Positions 57,742 to 64,000 of a stretch of DNA of 64,000 nt are shown here, one piece after another. Location of the stretch: the NCBI GenBank assembly GCA_963665125.2, contig CAXXUK010000001.1, forward strand, positions 1,184,001-1,248,000, given 5' to 3'. A program made the position numbers and the translations under genes. The notes under the pieces were generated by a model that searched no databases, was not told the origin of the DNA, and was given only the letters and a program-made list of their open reading frames with translations. Position 1 is the stretch's first letter. The number at the start of each line of letters is the position of its first letter. This DNA is from an uncultured Desulfarculus sp. (GTDB lineage: Bacteria; Desulfobacterota; Desulfarculia; Desulfarculales; Desulfarculaceae).

Positions 57742-57903
57742 GAGTCTCCCGGTGTGGTTGCCTTCCAAGAAATTTGGGCGGGTTCGGTGTCCTCAATATG
57801 TGGTAAGGTTAAGTCAATTATCCCATTCTATCAACAGAATCAATTTTTTATAACCTAGAGCATACTGCCCGCGCAATCACGCGGCAAGGAAAAAGGAGCC
57901 CTA

Positions 57904-58755
57904 ATGCCGGCAGTGACTTATCCCCAGGCTCCATTGCCCGAGGGATTTAATTGCACCAGCATCAACTGCAAAGGAATGGAGTTGAAGGTTGTCAGCGGCG
58001 GCACGGGGCCACTTATCCTGTTCCTGCATGGACTGGGAGGCAGCAGTGAAGATTTTTATCCGGTGATGAGCCGATTGTTTGATGGTTTCGAGTGTATTGC
58101 CATTGATTTTCCGGGTTTCGGGTTTTCCACCAAACCGGATGTTGATTACGGTATTGACTTCTTTTGCATGGTAGTTCAAGAAGTTATGGCACAGCTACCC
58201 GCCAGGCCCCAGGCGGTTGCGGGCCATTCCATGGGCGGCCATGTCGTTCTCAAATACTCAATCGATCATCCCGGCCAATTGGACAAGGTCATTGCCATTT
58301 GCCCGGCTGGCGGTCACACGAGCGCCAGATGGTACCATAGGCTTTTATTCACCTTTTGGGTTAAGGACGGCGACCGTCTGCGGCATGTCAGGCCCATTAT
58401 CATGAAACACATCGCCATGTGGCCCTTTGCCGATCGCACCAGCGACATATGCCGCATGTTCGGCGAAAAATTCATTGCGCAATGGTACGACGGCCAGACC
58501 CATAACCGCGAGGTGGCGCTGGTCCGTTCAGGGCGCTCCATACTGGAAAACCCCATTTGGCAAGATGCAGGCTCCATTACGTCTCAAGTTCTCATGATTA
58601 CCGGCGCCCAAGACCACATAACCCCGACAGAGGACACGGAACGTTTGGCTTCCGCCATGAATGGTGTTAAAAATATTATTGTAGATCAAGGTCATATGGC
58701 TATTTATACTAATGCCGACCAGGTTAGCGATGCCATCGCCGCTTTTATGAAATGA
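57904..58755 (+). CDS. alpha/beta hydrolase
   Basis: LHGLG, DFPGFG.S, GHSMGG nucleophile, G..D, GH; RBS AAGGAG. Confidence 0.88.
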   Translation: MPAVTYPQAPLPEGFNCTSINCKGMELKVVSGGTGPLILFLHGLGGSSEDFYPVMSRLFDGFECIAIDFPGFGFSTKPDVDYGIDFFCMVVQEVMAQLPARPQAVAGHSMGGHVVLKYSIDHPGQLDKVIAICPAGGHTSARWYHRLLFTFWVKDGDRLRHVRPIIMKHIAMWPFADRTSDICRMFGEKFIAQWYDGQTHNREVALVRSGRSILENPIWQDAGSITSQVLMITGAQDHITPTEDTERLASAMNGVKNIIVDQGHMAIYTNADQVSDAIAAFMK

Positions 58756-58796
58756 CCTTTTTTTTGCCACGCCACCACCTGCAAAAAATCGGTTAT

Positions 58797-58824
58797 TTGA
58801 CATTTCAGGTCATAGGGGTATCAT
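58797..58824 (+). promoter_or_regulatory. sigma70 promoter of mgtE-recO
   Basis: TTGACA, 16 bp, TATCAT. Confidence 0.6.
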
Positions 58825-58885
58825 CCCACGCGGGTAGTTTAAGACTGCGGCAAGACAAACCCGCACCCGGCTTCTGGAGATTCAT

Positions 58886-60247
58886 GTGCCTCATCCCAAC
58901 AAGTTAATAATCCAAGAAATACGGCCACTGCTGATTCCCGGCACATTGAATCAAGCCAGAGAACTCATTGCCGGCATGCACCCGGCCGATATCGCCGATA
59001 TTATCGAGCGGCTCCCGGAAAACGAAAAACGCATTCTTTTTCACGCCCTTGACCCCCGCATGGCCTCGGAAGTCGTGGTGGAGCTTTCCGACTTTTCCAG
59101 GGACCAGGTCCTCGAAGGCATCCAGACTCAGCGTCTGGCAGACATCGTCGACGACATGCCTTCCGACGAGGCCACCGACATCATCGCCGACCTCCCCGCG
59201 GGCAAGGCGGCGGAGGTTCTCAGCCGCATCGACGACGAAGACACCGAAGAAGTCAAAACCCTGCTGCAATACGACGAGGAAAGCGCCGGCGGCATCATGC
59301 AGCTGGAACTTGTCTCGGCCCGCCTCGATCAGACGGTCAGCCAGGTCGTGGATGAGATCCGCAAGGTCAAGGACGAAGTCGGTGAGGTCTACAACGTCTT
59401 TGTAGTGGATGCCCTCGGTCGCGTGGTGGGTTCATTGCCCCTGCAAAAGCTGATCTTGGCCGATCCCGGGGAACTGGTGGAGGATATTGCCGACCCCTGT
59501 CCTCTGTTGATCAAGGCCGATGACGACCAGGAGACAGTGGCCCACAAATTCCGCCATTACGACCTGGTAAGCGCGCCGGTTGTGGATGACGACGACAAAC
59601 TGCTGGGCCGCATCACCATCGACGACGTCATGGAGGTCTTGGAAGAAGAAACACGGGAAGACTTGTTGCGCATGGCCGGTACTTCGTCTGAAGAAGACAT
59701 GTTCTACACCGACCGCATTTTCCGCATCAGCCGCATGAGGCTTCCCTGGCTTGTCACCAACCTTATCGGCGGTTTGGTGGCCGGTGGCTTTTTGTGGCTT
59801 TTCAAGGTCACCCTGCCCGACGCCTTGTTCTTGATGACATTTGTCCCGGTCATCATGGCAATGGGCGGCAATGTCGGTATTCAATCGTCCACCGTCATGG
59901 TCCGCGGTTTTGCTGTTGGCGCTGTGTCCATGGCCAACATCAAACAAATCCTTTCCAAGGAGATACGCGTCGCCCTGGTCATAGGCTTGATCTGCGGAAC
60001 ATTGGCCGGCCTGGTTGCCCATATATGGCACGGAAATGCTGTTTTGGGTGTTGTTGTGGCCCTCTCTATGTTGGCGGCAATATTGGCCGCTTCGCTAATG
60101 GGCACTCTCGCTCCGGCACTGTTCCACAGGCTGGGCATTGATCCTGCAATAAGCAGCGGCCCCTTTGTGACCACGGCCAATGACATTATCGGCATCCTGA
60201 TATATTTCCTCATTGCCGCGATATTCTACAGGGTTTTGATTCCTTGA
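58886..60247 (+). CDS. mgtE: magnesium transporter
   Basis: HPADIAD, SAGGIM, CBS pair, RLPWL, MGGNVGIQS, DPA..SGPFVTT.ND. Confidence 0.95.
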   Translation: MPHPNKLIIQEIRPLLIPGTLNQARELIAGMHPADIADIIERLPENEKRILFHALDPRMASEVVVELSDFSRDQVLEGIQTQRLADIVDDMPSDEATDIIADLPAGKAAEVLSRIDDEDTEEVKTLLQYDEESAGGIMQLELVSARLDQTVSQVVDEIRKVKDEVGEVYNVFVVDALGRVVGSLPLQKLILADPGELVEDIADPCPLLIKADDDQETVAHKFRHYDLVSAPVVDDDDKLLGRITIDDVMEVLEEETREDLLRMAGTSSEEDMFYTDRIFRISRMRLPWLVTNLIGGLVAGGFLWLFKVTLPDALFLMTFVPVIMAMGGNVGIQSSTVMVRGFAVGAVSMANIKQILSKEIRVALVIGLICGTLAGLVAHIWHGNAVLGVVVALSMLAAILAASLMGTLAPALFHRLGIDPAISSGPFVTTANDIIGILIYFLIAAIFYRVLIP

Positions 60248-60248
60248 T

Positions 60249-61010
60249 ATGACGGGGCGCACCACAATCGGCATGATTCTGCGCCTCCGGGAATTGGGCG
60301 AAAGCGACCTTCTCGTTGATCTTTACACCGGGCCCATGGGCAGGCTCACGGCCATTGCCAAAGGCGCCAGGCGTTCCCAAAAGCGGTTCTTCGGCTTATT
60401 GCTTGTCGGCCATCTCATAGAAGCACAATTGGTTAAGGGCAAAAGCGGCGATTTGTGGCGCCTCGACAGCGCCAAGGTCGTGCATACCTATGCCCCGCTA
60501 AGGGCGCAGTGGTCCCGCTGGCTGTTTGCCGCCCCGGTGCTGGAATTACTGCTTCGCATCACCGCCGCACACGACCCTTCAGAAGGTCTGTTGTCGTTGG
60601 CCGACAACACCTTACAGCGCATATGCTCTTTAAAGGAACAGCGCCTGATGGCCTCCAGCCTATTGATTTTCACGGTGGTGCTGGTCCAAAAACTCGGATT
60701 CGGTCTCAGCTTTGAATATTGCGTGCGGTGCGGCCAAAGGGTTGAACCCAGCGACAACATCCGATTGTCACTGGAAGGCGGAGTCGTCTGTTCCCAATGC
60801 CCGGCTCCACAAAATTGTCATACCGTGCCCCAAGGCCTTGTCAAGGGTATGTCAGCGGCTCGGGATATAGCGCCGGATCAGCGCGGACGCCTGGCTTTTC
60901 CGCTTTCCGTGGGCGTCCCGGGCCTCAGATTCATGACCGATTATCTACAGACAATTTGTGGCAGGGATATCCAATCGTTAGGCGTTTTATTGGATGATTT
61001 GCCTAAATAA
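60249..61010 (+). CDS. recO: DNA repair protein RecO
   Basis: LGESD, G...AIAKGARRS.KRF, Zn finger CVRC...GGVVCSQC. Confidence 0.88.
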   Translation: MTGRTTIGMILRLRELGESDLLVDLYTGPMGRLTAIAKGARRSQKRFFGLLLVGHLIEAQLVKGKSGDLWRLDSAKVVHTYAPLRAQWSRWLFAAPVLELLLRITAAHDPSEGLLSLADNTLQRICSLKEQRLMASSLLIFTVVLVQKLGFGLSFEYCVRCGQRVEPSDNIRLSLEGGVVCSQCPAPQNCHTVPQGLVKGMSAARDIAPDQRGRLAFPLSVGVPGLRFMTDYLQTICGRDIQSLGVLLDDLPK

Positions 61011-61780
61011 CTGCCTATATCGATTTACCATTTCGGTATATTTCATTTAAAACTGTTCAATTTGGACGAAATTGTCATGATAATATTAACTATTTCTTCG
61101 CAATTATTCTGAAAAACGTGGGACTTCTATAATTTTTATGAACCTATTTGATTTAGTTTTTAGTTATTCCTAATTTAAAATAGTCAAGATTGCCAAACTA
61201 TTCCATCTCGTGCAGTTTAAAAACTCGACTATTAAAATGTTCAATCTTCAACGGTTAGTCTACATGTGGCGTCGACCTAGGCGAGTTCCCTATTGTCGTC
61301 ACGGCGAAATAACGCCAATTCCCCAACTCAACGGGAACGATTGGTGAATTCGGAAAACCGAATGCGGCCCGATTCAAGAAGAAATAACTACTAGTTACTG
61401 TATTTTAATGGTGTTTATTACAAATAAACCATTTTTTAGGCTTACATTAAGGCGGTGCTGTTCGATATAAATTCATAACAACCAGAAGTTATTAGTTTCT
61501 GAACCGATATTGCCTCGGAATAACGAGTCGCAGATTCCTTCTATTTGTTGGACATATTATTCCTCCCACTTAATCACCTAATATTATCAGTTGTTGGTAG
61601 TGGTTAGTTTGGCACAACTGGGTGGTGGGTTTGATTTTGTTTGTTGCGAAGGTTTTTAGCCGGCCACAAGCAGTCTTTATATTGTTATTACAATATGTTA
61701 TATATATCAGAACCGTTATCGGTATATTTACTACCACCAGGAGGCCCAAACACTGCACAACTTTGGTATTTGCCTGATTA
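61011..61780. other. ~0.8 kb AT-rich intergenic region with no credible long ORF
   Basis: Abrupt drop in GC and frequent stops in all frames. Confidence 0.7.
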
Positions 61781-61827
61781 TGCCGCCGAATGTACCATTG
61801 GCAAGTTCCCTTGCCGGAGTGACTTGA

Positions 61828-62844
61828 TTGTCTCAGGATGCTGTTCTCAAACCAAAACGCCCCATGACGGGAATAACCACAACCGTTCCGGTGGAGGTCC
61901 TTCTCGCCGCCAAACTGTGCCCTGTCGACTTGAACAACCGCTTCATAACCCACTCCCAACCTCACGATCTGGTGCGCAAGGCCGAGGAGCAAGGCATGCC
62001 CCGCACCCTATGCGCCTGGGTCAAGGGCATGTACGCCTGGCTTCTGGATCACCCCGAGGTTGAAACCATCGTCGCGGTGACCCAGGGAGACTGCTCCAAC
62101 ACCCACGCCCTTGCCGAATTGCTGAGCATGGCCGGCAGACGGGTAGTGAAATTCGAGTATCCCACCAGCCGCCGCCCCGATGAACTACAACATCAAATCG
62201 AAAAGCTCGCCAACGCGCTTGGGGCGGACCTTGACATAGCCGAAGGCATCCGCGACGAACTGCGGCCGATCCGAGACGACCTGGCCAGGCTGGACCGCCT
62301 GACCTGGGACGGCGGATTTGTGACCGGCGATGAAAACCATCTGTGGCAGGTCTGCTCCAGCGATTTTGACGGTGACCCGGTTGATTTCGGAAATCGGCTC
62401 AAGCAATTCCTGAGCTTGGCTGAAAAACGTCCCGCCATCGACGACCGCCCCAGATTGGGTCTTGTCGGCGTGCCGCCGATTTTCAGCGACATCCACCAAA
62501 CCGTCGCGGAATTCGGCGCGGCCATTGTTTTCAATGAAGTCCAGCGCCAATTCGCAATGCCTCACAACGGCCCGGACCACAAAAATCTCTGCGAGCAGTA
62601 CCTGGCCTTTACCTATCCCTACGATATATTCGGCCGGATCAGAGACATTGCCGCCCAGATAAAACTGCGTTCCCTTGACGGCCTCATTCACTATACCCAG
62701 ACCTTCTGCCATCGTCAGATTCAGGATATCGCCTTGCGAAAAATGCTCGGCGTTCCTATTTTAACCCTTGAGGGAGACACCACCGGCCCTGTCGACGGCC
62801 GCACCAGACTACGCATCGAGGCTTTTTTGGAGATGCTTCGTTGA
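61828..62844 (+). CDS. 2-hydroxyacyl-CoA dehydratase (HgdAB/FldBC) family subunit
   Basis: GITTTVPVE, CAWVKG, GDCS, DGLIHYTQTFCHR, LEGD, TRLRIEAFLEML. Confidence 0.85.
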   Translation: MSQDAVLKPKRPMTGITTTVPVEVLLAAKLCPVDLNNRFITHSQPHDLVRKAEEQGMPRTLCAWVKGMYAWLLDHPEVETIVAVTQGDCSNTHALAELLSMAGRRVVKFEYPTSRRPDELQHQIEKLANALGADLDIAEGIRDELRPIRDDLARLDRLTWDGGFVTGDENHLWQVCSSDFDGDPVDFGNRLKQFLSLAEKRPAIDDRPRLGLVGVPPIFSDIHQTVAEFGAAIVFNEVQRQFAMPHNGPDHKNLCEQYLAFTYPYDIFGRIRDIAAQIKLRSLDGLIHYTQTFCHRQIQDIALRKMLGVPILTLEGDTTGPVDGRTRLRIEAFLEMLR

Positions 62845-62944
62845 TTAACGGGACTCGCGCGCCAAGACGGACAGTGGTATTGTTGTTGCCGAATTCACAT
62901 TTTAAATAAATAAGCTGGAAATATTGACTTGATGAGGTGTCTTG

Positions 62945-63991
62945 ATGAGCGATCAACAGTTATTCGATCCAATTATTGAAGAAGCGCTCAAGGAAGTGAA
63001 CTACCCTGGTTTCAACCAGGACATCGTTGCCATGGGCTTGGTTCTGGAAGCAAAACTGGAAAACGGCAAGGCCACGATACGCATGCGGCCCGTCGCGGCC
63101 CCCCCCGAAGTTCGTGAAGGTCTTGAGGACGTCATCGCGGCCAAGATCGGCGCCCTGCCCGGCGTTAAGGAACTGGAGTTGCACATTCCGGAACCACCAC
63201 AACCCAAGGCCCAAAAGCCCAAAGGCCCCCAGGCAATCCCCGGCGTGAAAACCGTTGTGCCCGTGGCTTCGGGCAAAGGCGGAGTCGGCAAATCCACTGT
63301 CTCGGTAAACCTGGCCATGGCCATGGCCGAGCGCGGCCTCAAGGTCGGCCTGTTGGACCTGGACCTTTACGGCCCGTCCATTCCGATCATGCTGGGCATG
63401 CAGGGCGCTCAACCAGAAGCAGGCGAAGGCGGCAAAATGCTGCCCATTCAAAAAAATGGCCTCAAGGTGCTTTCCATCGGCTTTTTGATCGGCGCTGACA
63501 AGGCCCTTATCTGGCGCGGCCCGCTGATCATGAAGGCCGTGCGCCAGTTGTTGCATGACTCCGACTGGGGCGAACTGGATGTGCTGGTCCTGGACCTGCC
63601 TCCCGGCACAGGCGATGTGCAGATCACAATGGCCCAGGAAGTGCCCGTCACCGGTGCGGTGGTGGTCACCACGCCCCAGGACGTGGCCTTGGCCGACGCC
63701 ATCCGGGCCGTGGACATGTTCCGGCAGATCGGTTCGGGCATCATCGGCATCGTCGAAAATATGAGCTTCTTTATTTGTCCGGACTGTGGCGGCCGCCACG
63801 AAATCTTCGGACACGGTTCGGTGGAGCCTCTCTGCGCCAAGCTGGGTGTGCCCTTCCTGGGCGAACTGCCCCTGGACATGGCCGTGCCCAAGATGGCCGA
63901 CAATGGTTTGGCCGCCGTCCAAAACGCCTCTTCGGCCGATGCCTACGAGGCGGTTGCCGAAAAGGTGGCCAAAGAGCTGGAATTGATTTAA
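62945..63991 (+). CDS. mrp: Mrp/NBP35 Fe-S cluster carrier ATPase with N-terminal DUF59-like domain
   Basis: SGKGGVGKST, DLYGPS, WRGP, DLPPGTGD, VTTPQ, ENMS...CPDC. Confidence 0.93.
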   Translation: MSDQQLFDPIIEEALKEVNYPGFNQDIVAMGLVLEAKLENGKATIRMRPVAAPPEVREGLEDVIAAKIGALPGVKELELHIPEPPQPKAQKPKGPQAIPGVKTVVPVASGKGGVGKSTVSVNLAMAMAERGLKVGLLDLDLYGPSIPIMLGMQGAQPEAGEGGKMLPIQKNGLKVLSIGFLIGADKALIWRGPLIMKAVRQLLHDSDWGELDVLVLDLPPGTGDVQITMAQEVPVTGAVVVTTPQDVALADAIRAVDMFRQIGSGIIGIVENMSFFICPDCGGRHEIFGHGSVEPLCAKLGVPFLGELPLDMAVPKMADNGLAAVQNASSADAYEAVAEKVAKELELI

Positions 63992-64000
63992 TAATGCCGC

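Noticed and set aside
58825..58885. M-box riboswitch upstream of mgtE
   Set aside because: The leader is ~60 nt, too short; it has only a GCGGGT/ACCCGC stem.

Overview
High-GC bacterial chromosomal window. Gene content and order (xerC-hslVU-arg-FN3 lipoprotein-lys/dap, rpoH-TPR-LolB-like, mgtE-recO, long HflX, PEP-CTERM) suggest an anaerobic Desulfobacterota/'Deltaproteobacteria' lineage; this is an inference. It is mostly housekeeping: rpsF-rpsR-yybS-rplI-dnaB-hflX, ribF, FMN riboswitch-ribB, a ~21 kb minus-strand run from xerC to pgsA/tRNA-Gly, EF-G2, rpoH, mgtE, recO and Mrp, plus three tRNAs (Leu-CAG, Cys-GCA, Gly-GCC). I found no CRISPR array, IS or prophage, and no complete novel system that I can demonstrate from sequence alone. 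The best leads are small accessory inserts: (1) a pentapeptide-repeat/membrane protein and a B12 radical SAM gene that split hslV from hslU; (2) an orphan, AT-rich BglII/BstYI-like nuclease boxed in by terminators behind tRNA-Leu; (3) a tightly coupled operon of an aromatic-amino-acid permease, a Cys-rich Rossmann protein and a HAD hydrolase; (4) an AT-rich HEPN-like orphan; (5) several enzymes with altered catalytic motifs (EF-G2, HD-GYP, NMO/FabK-like, Mut7-C); (6) candidate leader RNAs. All family calls come from motif recognition by eye, not database searches. Several start codons were moved from the ORF track to RBS-supported positions.
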